This document shows, one piece after another, positions 25,101 through 41,137 of a stretch of DNA of 64,000 nucleotides. The DNA lies in contig CP068257.2 in the NCBI GenBank assembly GCA_009914755.4, forward strand, positions 20,128,001 to 20,192,000, in the 5' to 3' direction. Positions within the stretch are counted from its first letter, which is position 1; the number at the start of each line of letters is the position of its first letter. The position numbers and the translations under genes were made by a program. Under the pieces are notes generated by a model that did not search any database, was not told the origin of the DNA, and saw nothing but the letters and a program-made list of their open reading frames with translations. This DNA is from the human T2T-CHM13v2.0 reference genome, Homo sapiens.

Positions 25101-27289
25101 GCACTTTTTACTTTGAAATGGTTCTTGAGACTTTTCTTTTTAGAAGCTTCATATAAACATTTCACACACGCAGGAAATTATACCTTCATATCTCTTTGGG
25201 GAAAGAAAAAATTACAATAGAAAATATTTCTCATTAAGATAGCCTTGATTCTATTTGACACTTTAACTGTACTATCTTTATCGTGTATAATAGATGGATT
25301 ATGTAATTACATTACTCTATAGATTCTATTAGAATAGGCAGACATTTGAATTTGGGAAACCAATCAGGCTTAATTAGAAGAACTTAGTTGAAATAGCCTG
25401 AGGAAATGAAAAATAGAATTTCTTTTACGTTAAGTCACAGATTACAAAATTATTATCTACATTGTTAAGGCTTTTTTAAAAAAAATTATTTTATTCAGAT
25501 TATAATATACACTACTACATTTTAAGCCCTATAGCCTGTCATAGTTTTCTTCCTTGTTACCTGATATGGTAATTCTCCTTCTTTAATGCAGTTAATAAAA
25601 AGGTCGAGATTCCCTAGTTCCTTCCTATGCTCTTCTTTATTATGATACCCCATCACCTGAGACTGGAAGCTAAATGAACTTCACCTTTCAGATTTTTTTT
25701 CACCTGAGAATGTACATCATATGGTAATGGGCCAGCCCACTGTGTCTGTTGGATCTGTGACCGCAGCTGTGATTATTCATCTTAATTTGCTTGTAAAAGA
25801 TGCTAATTATTTCATAAGGCATTCACTTATAAAATGGAAACCAAAGCAAGCAGAAGCAGGGTTTTGTTGACATGTTTTAAAGTACAGAAATAATTCCAAT
25901 TGAAATGTTAATTAAAATAATATATCATGTCTTTTAAAAACTCAGATGTTCCAGGTTTATTTGAGATGGTCTTCAGTCCTTGGAAAAATATGTATAGCTC
26001 CATCAAATTTGGTTTCTTATTATATCAAAGAAAGGAACATAGTCAATGAAACTTAAGCTCAGATACGTGTGTGACATACGTACAATGTCAGATCTAGAAA
26101 AGTCCATATTTAAAATATATATATAGCTACTTTGGAATATATAAAGAAAAAGCTCTATGCTTTAATAGATAACATCTAGTGAGCACTGACTATATCTTAT
26201 GTTAATAACTCATTTTCTTATCAAATCATCTATGTTAGGAAATTGAGACTTTAACTTTTTGAAAATATTATGATATGGCTAAAGTCTGTAACCAGAAAGT
26301 CTGAATCCAGAACCCATTGCTTAATTGCTTGTGTTACTTGCCTTTTGACTAGAAGCTTTATTGATTCTGATATTGCAAAACTCGATATTCATTTTCAGAT
26401 TGTGAAGATGTCTATTTTTCTCAAAGTCTTTTATCTGAGTTTCACATGCTTAAGACAGTTTCAGAAATAAAATGATGTTTTGTTTCAGAGTGTTTTTAAA
26501 TGTATATATTTATTCCTAACTGACATTAACAAATAATTGTATTGGTAATGTCTTGTGATTAGTGGCACTGTTGAACAATGTTTGGACTATTTTTTTACCA
26601 GGGATGCATAAAATACTTAGAATTTAATTAAATGAAATGAAAAAAATATTTTTCTTAGTGTATAATGCCTAAAAGTTTATTATTGTCCAGAAATTTTGTA
26701 AAAAATGTATTTTAAAATATTAACCATTTAGTAATCTTCATAGATTAATTAACCTAATGGTTTAAGAAAGTGCATAGTTGCTTAACTACTTTAAAGGTTA
26801 CTTCAGACACAGGCTAGTTCAGAATAAGTTTATGAATTAATTCTCTTTCTAAAACATAAAGTCCTGGGAAGTAAGCCAAGGTCAGTTTCTTGAAGCTAAC
26901 CAAGTAGGCTAATAATAAGAACTCTTACATTAGCCAAACTGAATTATTCAGATGTAACCAGTAGTGTCTAAAATTTCCAAATTTCTTGGAACAACATCAA
27001 TGTGATATTATGCTCTAATGTCTGGCTAACTTCTGGAAAGATTTACTACATATCCATACTCTTTGGTTATTGCATTCTTAACAAATGAATAGCATTTCTG
27101 ATAGGACAAGATATTGGTCCATCCTGAAGGAGAGAAGAGGATTATTGCTACCACATGAAAACAAAGAGAAATAGATGGGTAATTTTCAGTGGGTTCGTTG
27201 CATTATGTAAACCTATTTGAGCACTTATTCTTATTACACCTTAAATGTATTTATTTTTAAAGCACATAAGAATCAAATTCCTTCTCCCT

Positions 27290-27420
27290 AATCTTTGTGA
27301 TTCTCATGAAGTACTTCTGAGATGTGAATCAGGACTTTGCATTCTTAGCAAGCATCCAGGTGATTCTGTCGCAGATGAGTCACACATTGTATTTTTAGAA
27401 ATACTGAGAGTAGCTGTGTT
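27290..27420. mobile_element. Possible MER5-like (hAT-Charlie) DNA transposon fragment
   Basis: 'aatcaggactttgcattcttagcaagcatccaggtgattctgtcgcagatgagtcacacattg' resembles the MER5 consensus segment 'gcctgagaatttgcatttctaacaagttcccaggtgatgctgatgctgctggtccggggaccacacttt'. The comparison is to a recalled consensus only. Confidence 0.35.
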
Positions 27421-27888
27421 TTCCAATACACATAACTGTAAGTTTTCAGCAAGACTTGGTAGTGGGAGACATTTAGTTAAAATGGGTAATGTGTTAAGGG
27501 ATAAGCCTGCCCTAATATTTGGAGTGGCTGAATTGGTTAACAGTATTCTATCAGGGAAAATTTCTTTACTTGACCTTCATTTTCACCTTTGATATGTACA
27601 TACAGGTTAAGAGTAAGAATGGTGATTTGAATCCAATTAATGTGCATTTGCAAAGATTTAGATGATAAGAAGAGAATGTACCTTGACCTTGGACTAGAGA
27701 AGGAACGGAAATGTTATAGAAAAAATGAAAGGGTTATACAAGGAAACTTAATCCTAAGCAGAGCTTTACCCATGGGACTAAGCCTGGAAGGGAATAACTG
27801 AAACTGAGACTCAGAGGAAATTGAAGCTTGTAGCAGATTTGTGCCCAGGATAATGGCATGATTCTAAAGATTCTGCTTGCACAAACAG

Positions 27889-28130
27889 AGTAAGTAAAAC
27901 CTGGGCACTTTGGCTCACGCCTGTAATCCCAGCACTCTGGGAGGCTGAGGTGGGCAGATCAAGAGGTCAAGAGATCGAGACCATCCTGGCCAACATGGTG
28001 AAACCCCATCTCTACGAAAAACACAAAAATTAGCTGGGCGTGGTGGTATGCACCTGTAGTCTCAGCTACTCGGGAGGCTGAGGCAGGAGAATCATTTGAA
28101 CCCGGGAGGCGGAGGTTGCAGTGAGCCAAG
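27889..28130 (+). repeat. First copy of a 242-bp tandem duplication: 12 bp of unique flank plus the 5' ~230 bp of an Alu
   Basis: The copy starts 'agtaagtaaaacctgggcactttggctcacgcctgtaatcccagcac' and ends '...ggaggttgcagtgagccaag'. It is followed directly by the same 'agtaagtaaaacctgggcactttggctcacacctg...', which then continues through the rest of the Alu. Confidence 0.85.
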
Positions 28131-28790
<660 letters not shown>

Positions 28791-29025
28791 CTATCTCAAA
28801 TGTCATTTATTCCAAGACCTAAAGGAAAAAAAAGAGGAGCAAGATATACAAAAATCAGAACAGATCATTCCAAACAGCTGTAATAAGGTAATAGACAGTA
28901 CAATGACCCATAGAGAAAGTGAGAAAAAAAATCAAGATGCTTAAACATCCTGAGAGAAGCAAGGAAAATAGTAGAAGAGGTTAGGTAATCAGGCAAGTAT
29001 CAAATGATACAGGACTTTTTTTTTT

Positions 29026-29046
29026 TTTTTTTTTTTAGAAAAAGTA
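29026..29046. repeat. Poly-T homopolymer, T21
   Basis: The run was read directly from the sequence. Confidence 0.95.
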
Positions 29047-31685
29047 AGTAGTTTGAATTTTATTCTAAGTGTGAGTAATTCTTTTGGAAAATTATAAGTA
29101 GGGGTGCTTATAACTCCAGATCTCTGTGGCATCCAAATGTAAAATTTTTTCTTGCTCAATTACTTGTCAGCTGAAGTTCGACTATAATTATGCCACCTGT
29201 CTTCTTTAGTTTTGAATGCAGGTTGCAGAAATGCTTCCCTCTGAGATAAGACATTCTCATGGAAAAGGAGAAAAGAAAAAGAAAATAGAATTGCAAAAGC
29301 ACAAGATGGTTTAAAACTTCTACTTAGATGATTTAAACATGGCATATATCATGTCTGATCACCCTCCATTGGTTAAAGCAAGTCCTGATAATCCAGATGT
29401 TTTGGGAGGGCCATCATCTTCTTACAGGAAGGGTCAGTGAATAATTGGGGACAATATTTTCTTCTGTATCAAAAACACCCACAACATCATTGAATTTGAA
29501 GCTATATAGACAAGTGAATAAATAAATTAAAAAGCTGAATGGAGATAGAAAAAAAGAGGAAAATCCAGAAAAAGACCAAAGAGCTCCTCTGTGTTTAGAG
29601 GCAAAGTGGTGGAGAAGGAGTTCGCAAAGATGATTGAGGAGTAAAATCCAGTATAGTAGCAAGAAAAACCAAAAAAATATCTGCCATGGAGAAAAAGAAA
29701 ATGTTTCCAGAAAAAGAAGATTAACCATGTGGAATGCAGCTGAGAAATAAAATAAGGTAAAAGACATGAAACAATTAGATTTGTATTTGGCAACATTGTA
29801 TTTGAAATGGCAACAATACGTTTACCGTGTTGGTATTATTTTTTTTCCACCAGCAAATATTGTGTACTGGGTAAGGAGATGTAGGATAAAGGAAAATGAT
29901 CTCAAAGAAGATGGGGGTGAGTTAGGGAGTAGATGGTAGATAAAAACAACCCAGAGAATCAATGATGGTGGCGATAGTCACGCATATTATTGAATATATG
30001 GTTTAGGCTGTGGTGAAAGTAAAGTGAGATTTCAGGGGATAAAATATTCCAGGAAATAATAAAAGTTAAGGGATGGGAAGGGTTTCAGTTTCTTATATAA
30101 AGTTAAAGCCCCAATATTAAGCAGGCAGCCCACATGAGTTTGATATTAATCAGAATAGTGACAACAGTTGAAGTGAGAAAGTCTTTAAAGTAGATCTGTA
30201 AGTTCCTGGTGAATGAAGAGGTAGTACCACAAGGTTGGCAACTAAAGATGTTGTGTAGTGTGTGCACATATGTGTGTTTATGAGTAATCATGCCATTATT
30301 CTATATCACAGAATGTTTACATATTAAATATAATGAGGTACCTTGGCAGTTATAACTGGTTTATATGTTTCATTTGTTGAGAAATGTTGAAGGTACAATT
30401 CAGAATGCTGGAAATATTTATAACGGCAATCCCTCTACATCTTAAAGTTAGATGGTATGAACTTTCCCAATTCATTAAGTGATGTTCAGTAAAATTTTGC
30501 ACTGCTTTTTAATGGCAATTTGCATCATAAAGGAAAGAATAGGAGTACGTTAATTGGCTCAAGAATTATTTTCTTAAGTAACTGCACTCATTTGCATTTT
30601 GGAGTGAGGCTCCAAAACTGAACTCAAGCTCTCTATGTCCTAGGTGACCTTGTTAGAATGCATGGTTATAATTATACTGAATAATCAATGGAAAAACAGG
30701 AAACTTCAAAGGCTAATGAATAGAATGCTCTATAGTATTTAAGGTTTTAAAAAAATGACTAGCTTTTCATTTATTTTCTTTGTGCTTTTTGCAAAACTAA
30801 TTCTCACATTTCACCTGCATGAACTCTAACTGGGGCGTATGATATTCTGTTGATCATATAGGCTCCTTCCATTAATAACTCTATTGCTCACAAATTTATA
30901 GATTTCCATTTTCACCCACCACTTATCACTATTTATTTTTTAAATAACTTTTATGTGATGCAAATTGCTTTTATGCTTCATCAAGACTGAAATCCTAAAT
31001 AAAACAGTATTTTGTGATTTTATGTTAGAACACTTCATTGTCTTTGATCATATCCTCTGCCCTAATCTAATTTATTACTACCATCTAATCTAATCTACTA
31101 CTAATCTAACATTAAAAACAAAAAAGTACGAATTATCATTTTTCCTTTACACTTAAAAATCCCTTTGGATTAACTATAATATTTGTCCTATTTTTAAAAA
31201 GTGCTTGCTCAAAAATATAGTTCAGAAAATTATGGTCTTAATAATTTATTAAACAAATTATCTCTAACAACCAGATAGGAAGAATAAGTTCTATTGCTGT
31301 ATACCATTGCAGGATGACTATAGTTAACAAAAATATATTATATAGTTTTAAGATAGCTAGAAGGAGGATATTGAATATCCCTAACACAAATAAATGATAA
31401 AAGTTTAAGCTGATAGATATGTAAGTTAATCCTTATCTTCTCACTATACATTATGCGTATTGAAACATCACTAATACCCCAGAAATATGTACAATTATTA
31501 TTTGCCAATAAAAGAAGATAAACAAAAACTAACACATGCTTAAAATTAAAAAAAAAAAAACATACTCTTCAAAGATAATAGTTCATTCAAATTCTTCAGA
31601 ATATACCTTTCATTGCTATCAAAACAATAGATTTAAAGGACACTTGTTGGAATTCAGGCTGTTTACTGAATATAAGTACTTTCTT

Positions 31686-31990
<305 letters not shown>

Positions 31991-32389
31991 TGAATATAAG
32001 TACTTTCTTAACAGATCTGAGTAGTTTTTAAATCTGTGCATGTGGATGATAGTAGGAAACAAATAATAAAATGTTTTAGTGAATAATGTAGAAAAATCTA
32101 AATCCACAGAACACTTGGTAAATAGCCCTGTTAATATAAAAATTTAGGGGAAAAAACTGGAAAGAATAAAAAGAACATCTATTTACTAGATCACAAGTAT
32201 CATGTGAAAACCCAGTAGCTAAATTACCAGACTTTAAGCTGTGATTTTAGGGGATTTGGTTTCCGGCATTCTCTTGGTTCCTCAGGCCCACCAAGTTTCT
32301 GGCACCCTGGGCCCTGCTTTTGTAGCCATTGCGACTTGTGTTTCCGCCCCCTCTCTCCACCTTTCTTGAAGTGGTCATCTATTTAAAAT

Positions 32390-32480
32390 GAACTTACCGA
32401 GTGCCTAACTTTTTCCAAGCAATTGTGCTAAGCACAGTGTTAGGATTTGCTAACTCCCGTGAGGCATCATTTCTTTGAGA
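32390..32480 (-). mobile_element. Possible MIR fragment
   Basis: 'gagtgcctaactttttccaagcaattgtgctaagcacagtgttagg' resembles the reverse complement of the MIR 3' region ('cctaacactgtgctaagcgcttt...'). Confidence 0.35.
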
Positions 32481-34554
32481 ATGTGTTTTCTTCAATTGCC
32501 TGGACATGGGCAGCTTCTCCTCCCCTTACAGTCAGAAATCATGGAGAAAAGCCTTTAAACTTCCTGCGATGATAGATAACCACAGAGCACTGGACTTGAG
32601 AACACAGATTTTGAAAATAGAAAACTCTGCGACTGAATCTTCATGTACTTTTGTAATGTGTCAATGTAGCTACACTGAAATACGTTTTTTATTATTTCCT
32701 TTTCTGTATGTTTCTGGCTAATTGGATCACAGAAGAGACTGTTGGGAGAGATTCAGAGGGTGAAAGTGAAGGGGCAGCCATTCTGTAGCTCTCCACTGTG
32801 TCACTCACTTGCTTGTTTCCTTACTTTGAGGCAGTGGCCAAGCCTGCAAATGTCCCACCTTCTTTTTGTTCCTCTTTTGGCTTCATAAACTCCTATGTCA
32901 GTTGTGTGTGTTAGGTCTGGCTTATGCAGAACACCCATACCAATGAGGTTCAGAGGCAGTAACAACTGACCTAGCGTTTAGCCTGTTCTCATTTGCTACA
33001 GCTTGCGCTTTTGGGTTTCACTTACTGCTTGCTCTCACCCACCTAACACCTATCCCTCCTTCCCTGCTGCCCGTGTCCTGTGTACTTCAAGGTCCAACAT
33101 CAAATACAAAGACAAAAGATTTACAGATACTACTTAACCAGTTTGCGTATGGTCAAGCCTCTGAAAATACTGCATGAGGTCAAATCTCTATTGATTTATC
33201 TATTTCTGGTTCTCTGAACACTGAGTGATATGCTTGATATCACCAATGACTAGCTAAGTGATTTGGAAGTAATAAGTGATTTATCTTCATTAAATCTGTT
33301 TTATTTACTACAAAATGGGAGTTTTGTGTGAAATAAAAATTAATGTAGGTGCTGCACTTAGCAAGAGATCAAACGTGTTATAAACACTCAATCAATAGTA
33401 ACAATTATCATTACTCTGTCCTAAAAACTATCGTGTTTTTATTCTCTTTTTGCTATTGGACTAAATACAAAACAAAATACAACAATAGAAAAAAATAAAC
33501 AACCAACAAATACACAAAGAAATTACTACTATTCCCCAATGGCAACTTAATCTTATTATTATTATATCCTTCCAAGAGCCTGCAAAACAAGAAAGCTAAA
33601 AAAATCTGTTAGATTCAGTATTTATCTCAAGCTCATTACACATAAACAAATTGTCCCTAATAATCAATATGGGAAGCATGCTTCTATAGAAAACATTTGA
33701 ATTATTTAAATAGCATTGGTTTTTGCCTATGTGATTCTTGTTGTAAGAACATTCCTTGCATTAGTTTGAAAATAGGAACATCTAGAAAATCTACTAGATG
33801 ATATTTAGTGCTTTTTTAGTATTTCTTAGTTTCTCAAGTCATGTAAAAAACCATGTTTTCATGTTTTTAACATGGGATAAAGTTGACTTGGCTCCAGAGA
33901 CCAATTAATTACATGGGAAAAGATAGAAAAACTAAAAATTGTGAAAATGAAAAATTATTCTTACATTACTATGTATAAAAAAATTCATACTTAGGCATAT
34001 AGGACCTGTACAATGGAGAAAATCATTAGTTGCCTAAAATAGTTATATGTCCATATCTTTCTGTGGCTCTGATTTATTAGATATAAAATGGTGTATTTAT
34101 TAAAATATCCTTGGAAGTGTCAAAATATTAAAAAAATTATAATAAATGTGATATATACTGAATATAATTTAATAAAATTTATAAATTTATTAACCTGTAT
34201 ATTGTATGTATAAAACAGATATATACAGAGAGAGAAAGAAAGAGCTACAGAGAAAGAAATAAGAACACTCAAACATAGCTGATAGAAATGTAAATTGGTA
34301 TAGCTTTTAAAAAGTTAAGGAAGAAAATGTTTCAGTATATATTAAAACAAATGTGTATTTACATTTGAATTAAGCAATTTCATTTTTTGGAGTTTAAAGA
34401 CACATTTCCAACAATATGAAAATGCACCTGCAACAGGTTGTTCATTGTTTTTAATAGCAAGATGTTTGGTGAAGATGCATGCATAAACATAAGAGATTGA
34501 CTGAATACACTATTAGAATTACACACTGAAATCTATGTTTCTGATTTAAGAAAA

Positions 34555-34820
34555 CTTTGGGAGGCCGAGGCAGGTGGATCACAAGGTCAGGAGATTGAGA
34601 CCATCCTGGCTAATACAGTGAAACCCCCTCTCTGCCAAAAATACAAAAAATTACCCATGGTGGCAGGCACCTGTAGTCCCAGCTACTCGGGAGGCTGAGG
34701 CAGGAGAATGGTGTGAACCCGGGAGGGGAGAGCTTGCAGTGAGCCGAGATCGCGCCACTGCACTCCAGCCTGGGCGACAAAGAGAGACTCTGTCTCCAAA
34801 AAAAAAGAAGAAAACAAAAA
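34555..34820 (+). mobile_element. Alu SINE, slightly 5'-truncated
   Basis: The Alu reads 'ctttgggaggccgaggcaggtggatcacaaggtcaggagattgagaccatcctggctaatacagtgaaaccccctctct...gagccgagatcgcgccactgcactccagcctgggcgacaaagagagactctgtctccaaaaaaaaag'. Confidence 0.9.
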
Positions 34821-35019
34821 CTGAGGGAGATCTGTTTTGCCAATAGTGGAGAAACAGGAATACAATGTTAAGTGGAAAAAAAACCTTATAGAGTATATAT
34901 AGTGTGCTATCATATGTGTAAAAGAAAGAGGAGTAATAGGAAATATACATATATTTGCTTATTTTTGCAAAACAAAAGCCAGGAATGATACATCTAAAAC
35001 TAATGATATTGCCCATATT

Positions 35020-35535
35020 AGTGGGTTGAATAGTGTCCCCCAAAATTCATGTCTACTGTAAACCTATAAATGTCATCTTATTTGAAAATAAGGTCTTTGT
35101 ACATACGGTCACGTTAAGATGAAGTCATATTGGATTAGAGTAGGCCTTAAGTCCTTATTTTTGCTATAACTTTTTAGAGTAGTATAGAGTAGTAGCAGAG
35201 TAGTAGAGTAGAGGTTCTTTTATTTTTGTGTGTTTACTTTTTTTTTAGGAGAAGAAGACTTAGAGACACAGACACACAGAGGGAAGAAGGCCATAGAAAG
35301 ACAAAGGCAAAGATTGGAGTTGTACTGCCACAAGCCCAAGAATGAGGAAACCACCAGGAGCTAGAAGAAACAAGCAAGGATTCGTCCCTGGATTGGTCTT
35401 TCAAAGGGAGCATGGCCCTGCTGACACTTTAATTTCAGACTTCTAGGCTGCAGAACCATTAAAGAATAAATTTCCTTTGTTTCAAGCCATGCTGCTTCTG
35501 TTGTTTTCTTATGGCAGTCCTGGGAAACTAATATA
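35020..35535 (+). mobile_element. MaLR-type LTR (MLT1-like) containing an internal (AGAGTAGT)n micro-repeat at ~35160-35215
   Basis: The 5' part 'gggttgaatagtgtcccccaaaattcatgtc...cctataaatgtcatcttatttgaaaataaggtctttgtacatacggtcacgttaagatgaagtcatattggattagagtaggcc' matches the MLT1 LTR head. The 3' part 'ctttcaaagggagcatggccctgctgacactttaatttcagacttctaggctgcagaaccattaaagaataaatttcctttgtttcaagccatgctgcttctgttgttttcttatggcagtcctgggaaactaata' matches the MLT1 LTR tail. Both comparisons are to a recalled consensus. Confidence 0.5.
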
Positions 35536-38500
35536 TCTATTCATACATAGAAATGGAAATGGGGAGAAACGGTGTTAAAGAAAGAGTGAGCTTCTCAGAC
35601 TCCCCTTTTTGGTATAGGTTTTACTTTTGGACCCATGTTAATATTTTACATAATTAATAAAATAAAATTAAGAAGTTTGAGGGAAACATCTTTAAAATGA
35701 AAAACAAACCAACAAACAAATGAACCTAACAGTATTTCCATTCAACGTATTGGAAAAATGCAACCAAACTGAAGGTTGGAGCAAAGAAGGAATCCAAATA
35801 ACTTGCAAATACATTAGCACAGTATTTTGACTATAATACCTTCAGTGTAAAGACAAAAAAGACTTTCTGAAAGGTTCTGTAACCTCATTAGCAATATTTT
35901 TGTATTGGCATGGATTGGTACTTTTAGAACTGCTTTCAATGTAATCTAAGACTGACAAATGAGATTATGTATTGTGGACAATTGTTGCACTGCTGGAAGA
36001 GGGAGTAACCACATAAAAAGGAGTTGGGGAATAGAACAGATCTTCTAGTGTGGAATTTAAATTGGGAATATCAGCTTATGAAATAGTTAAATAGATACAT
36101 ACATGTATAGATATATGTATACATGTATGGATCAGTGTATATTATAGACATATATTAATATATTATCTATTCTAGTGCTCTAAATATCAATTCTGAGACA
36201 ACTGGAGTTATTCAAGACTTCTTCCGTACACTATATGGTCAGTTTCATTTGGGTCTCAAAGTACAAGATCCGCCAGTTACTTGTTATTAATTTTTCCATG
36301 GCATAGTCACACATATTTTTACCTGCTTTGAAACAGCTTTTATGATGTTATGTTTTAAAACTTATGAAAATGAATATTTGCAGGGATAAATGATTATAAA
36401 GTATTTAAAAGTTTGATGTAATATCATACAAATTGACAGATCATATTCCGTGAAAACATTACAGCTAATTAGAGGACAATATTTCTTAGATTTCTACCCC
36501 CCAAAAATAATTCATTTTATCCTCCATTTTGAGTGGTGCTGAAAAAAAGTATTAAACAGAGTTCTTAAAATATGCTATAACTAGTAGAAATTATTTTTTT
36601 AATTTCTATTGTTTTCATTTTTCAAAGTAAAATTTATTTAAAATTTATATCAAAAATTAAGATTTATCAGACTATGTCTACTTTGGCAAAATAAACTGTT
36701 TTTGTGATCATTTTGTCTTTCACTATGAGTCAAATTATTAAGGTGAGTTTTCTTTTCAGCTTATTACAATTATCCTAATAGACAGCACAGGATGCTGTCA
36801 AAGTCTTAGTTTTGAGGGTTAATATTAAATCACCATTCTTATATTTCGCTTCCTCATTAGATCAATAATGCAAAAGGTCTAATGTAATGTCAAAGGACTT
36901 GCATTCATCAAACTGGAAATACCTTGTGGCTGTTCATTAGGGTTATGCCTTCCCTGCTTTTAGAAAATATTACTGAGGGATTTTTATTCAACCAATGAAT
37001 GCCTATAGGATATTTTATGAACCAAGTTAGAAAATAGACTGGGGGAAACGTATGGATAATTGGTAACCAGAACAAAACAGAATAAGTCCAAGATTATGAA
37101 ACATAAATTCCTTTCTGTGCTAGAATAAAAATTGTACAAATACAGTATTATTCAAAACACATATACTGTAGATATGGAGACTCTTGTTTATCACCATTTG
37201 CCTTATATAATATTTGCATTTAATAGAAACCAAATAATTTGAAATTAACTTTGTAGTCATACTTTATTAATTTTACATTTAATTTTTATTTATTAGTTGG
37301 GTGATACTCAGTGTAGTGCTTATAGTCTGAAGCAGTTTTTTGAAATCTGTATTGAAACATTTAAAAAATATCTAGTGGAGCTTCTTTACATCATTCTTCA
37401 GTTTGCCATTTATTTTTGTCAATATGCTAACCTCACAAATGCTTTGCCTTGTGTTATAATAGTCCAAAAATTACCCTAATGTTTCCTTAAAAAGTAGTTT
37501 TTTAAAGAATCTGCTACATTAATAACTTCATGTAACATTTAACATGTAATTAAACAACATATTATGGATTTACTGAGTTATTGAGTTAGGAGATTTTCAC
37601 TGAAATAACAAACTGTATAGCCGATTCAGTTATAGCTGGTATGTTGTAAAAGCAAGATACAGACAGACTTATAGTCACTTAAAGTCATATAAACTGCATA
37701 ATTTCTGTAATTTATAATGTTATGTAAATTGAAAGTACACACATTAAAAGATGCTTTACATCATTAATTATTAATAAAATGCAAATTAAAAACCACAATG
37801 AGATACTATGACACGCTTGTTTAAATGGCTAATATTAAAAGAGGCTACCTGAAGTATTGCAGAGAAGAGGGTGGAACTGGAACTCTGATACTCTGACTAT
37901 GTGTATGTAAAATGACACAACCACTTTAGAAAAACAGCTCAACAACTTGTCTTGTTTCATTTGCTAAGCATATGTCAGCCATATGGTATAGCCAGTCTAC
38001 TCCTAGATATTTACCCAAAGGAATAAAAAGGAAATATATGTCCGTATATCATGTATCATTATAAGAGATACTTGTAATAGTCAAAATCAACCTAAATGCC
38101 TATGAATAGGTGAATACATAACATTATAATGTACCCAACAAATGGAATATTAGCAACAAAAATGGGGGAACTTCTGATAAAATCAACACCATGGATGAAC
38201 CTGAAAATGTTCCTGAATAAGCGAAGCCAAGACCTTCCCCTCCCCAAAAAAGAGTATGTATTAGATGATTCCATTTATACAAAACTCAACAAAAGGGAGA
38301 CTAACTTGTATTGATAAAAAGCAGGCAATGATTGTTTGGGGATGGAACGGTACGGTAGAATGGATGAGAGACAGGTATTACCAAGAAGCATGAGGAAATT
38401 TTGGGGGATGTTGACATGTTCACTATTTTGATTGCGGTGAGTATTTCACAGTGTCAAAATTATTCAGTTTTATCCTTTAAATCTTCACAGTTGCAAAAGG

Positions 38501-40043
38501 TTTTACAGAACAGGTGTTATTTTAAAGCATCCTTTAAAAGAGTGTGTTTTTATTCTCTGTTGTCACGTGCCCCATGTTGGGCTCCTTGAACCACAACTCT
38601 CTCAATGCAGACCATGCCTCTCCTTCACTGCCTTATTCCAAGTCTCAGCCACCACAGGCTGCTCTAGTCAATCTCTCTCCTTCATCTTTCTCAGGCATGC
38701 GTCAGACATCAATTCCCCAAATCTCCAGCTGCCGGAAACAAATATTTAAGCTTTTCAAGTGGCACTGCACCCATAGACTTTAAGCAAATGGCACACATTC
38801 TTCACCTTGTTGAAGATACGAATTTAGGTCTTTCTAATTATACCTTTTCTGTTAGATATAAGTGAGTTCTCGAACTGGTTCCTAACCACCTACCTAGTTG
38901 GAAATGCAACAAACTATTTTTTGTCTCAGACAAAGCTACTTGGAAATGCTACTTGGAAATGCAATACCTATTATTTTTATGTCTCAGATAAAAGTGAGTT
39001 AGGAAACTTCCCTTTAACAATCTGTTACAGATATACTGACTCAAGAAATATTTATTCAATATCTACAGTATTTAAGGTAATGTACCTGGTTCTGTAGAAC
39101 ATAAAGAGGTAAACATATTATATCCTCAAATACCTTTAATATAATCTAATATGAAAAACTAGATATGTGGTATAATTCAGAGAGTGGCATGCTACAAAAA
39201 AAGATACAAATGAAGTGCAATGGGAAATTATAGACACAAAGGTGTCCTTTATTCTGGATTTTCAGGATTCGGGCCAGTGGAGAGAATAAGAAAGAACATT
39301 CCTGCGGAAAGCTTATGTGAGTAAAAGATGAATAAAATATGAAGTATGATAACTTTATAAGTAAAATAATTCTTTACCACTGGTTATTTCCAATTAGAAT
39401 AATAATTCAATTTTACAACTTCAGACCTCATGACTTTGGTGTTATCCAAGTATCTATTAGTATGTTTCTGAATACATTTAAATGAACCAGTTGAAATATT
39501 TATGTGTATATTAAATTCCAAAAATGTAATAAATCACAGAGTTTCATTTACAGTTTATTAGTGAGTAGATTACCTCCTCTGCTTCCTGGCTGCTTTCATA
39601 TTGATCTGAGATTTAATAGCCAGATAGAAATGATACTTACACATTGAAATTGCCCATAATAATGAGTTTTTCTTTTTGTATTCTATGAACAGCATAACAA
39701 TGTCTTATGATAATTAAAATAATCTGCCATGTCATGAAAAGCACACAATTTAGAGATGACAAAACCAAAAGGAAAAAAAGTTACGTAATGAATGTATTGT
39801 AATAAAATTTTCTTAATTCTTGATCTAACTCTATGAGGATGTTTATGAAATGAGAATATGTAAATCACGCTTGAGATGCCAGGTACTTTAAGGGTAAGAT
39901 TTTTCTGGTAACAATGGTTAGGTCGGGGAGGCTGTCAATCAGGAACATGCTGCACAGTAACTGATCTCTGAAGGCTCACACTTTAATGACACAACCAATA
40001 CAGTGTGTATTGGATATAAGGAAAAAGAAGAAACCATAAAATT

Positions 40044-40069
40044 GTGTGTGTATGTGTCTGTGTGTGTGT
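40044..40069. repeat. Imperfect (TG)n microsatellite
   Basis: The sequence reads 'gtgtgtgtgtatgtgtctgtgtgtgtgt'. Confidence 0.8.
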
Positions 40070-40561
40070 ATTCACCTGTATCTGTGTACACACATTCTCT
40101 TATTCCCAAACAGGAAGCAATGGTCACTGTCCTGGCTCCTTGCTACTTCTTTGCACCACTCAAAAGTGCCTTCCCTCGGAATGCAGGCCACATTGTTATT
40201 TAAACTGGACTTCCCTTTCACTATCATTATCTGGCATCTTTTAACATCTTCTTTATCTCACTCAGTCCTTTTATTTCAAAGAAGTTCATAGAGAAGCATA
40301 GATTTGGTGGCAGCAAAGAGGTGAGTATGATTAGCATTTTGACCTATGTAAATGACACGTTTGTTATAGCCTATCTAGGAAATTTGCCTCTCATAATAAT
40401 TATTTAAAATATATCACTAGGGTTGCCATTGCTAAATTAGGCATTGTAACTTCAATTATATTTTAATTACATAACAAAATGATAAACCAATTTTAAAAAC
40501 TATTGACATATAAAGTAGTATACAAAATCAACATTTTGTTTTAAATTATTTAGTAAAATTT

Positions 40562-41030
<469 letters not shown>

Positions 41031-41137
41031 GTATTTGAAAAAGGGTGCTAACAAGCTCAGAGAAATTAAGAGACTTATTCAATGGTCTTCTGACTCCATG
41101 CCTTTTATTTTTTCTACAATATTTTAAACATGATGAT

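Noticed and set aside
29414-29796. Overlapping 117-aa and 89-aa ORFs on the - strand
   Set aside because: They lie in a purine-rich low-complexity stretch. The peptides are Phe/Leu/Ser-rich low-complexity with no domain-like pattern, so they are a compositional artefact.
34610-35043. ORFs of 76-130 aa at 34610-35043, and similar ORFs at 46899-47344, 28499-28720, 40696-40977 and 31705-32031
   Set aside because: All translate Alu sequence (the recurrent '[19 protein letters not shown]' and '[10 protein letters not shown]' peptides are classic Alu-frame translations). They are not genes.
40300-40330. Perfect splice-donor consensus 'caaagag|gtgagtatg' (also 'gcg|gtgagt' at ~38438), possible exon boundary of an unannotated transcript
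   Set aside because: Consensus donor heptamers occur by chance every few kb in AT-rich DNA. There is no upstream ORF, no acceptor/polypyrimidine pairing and no conservation evidence available.
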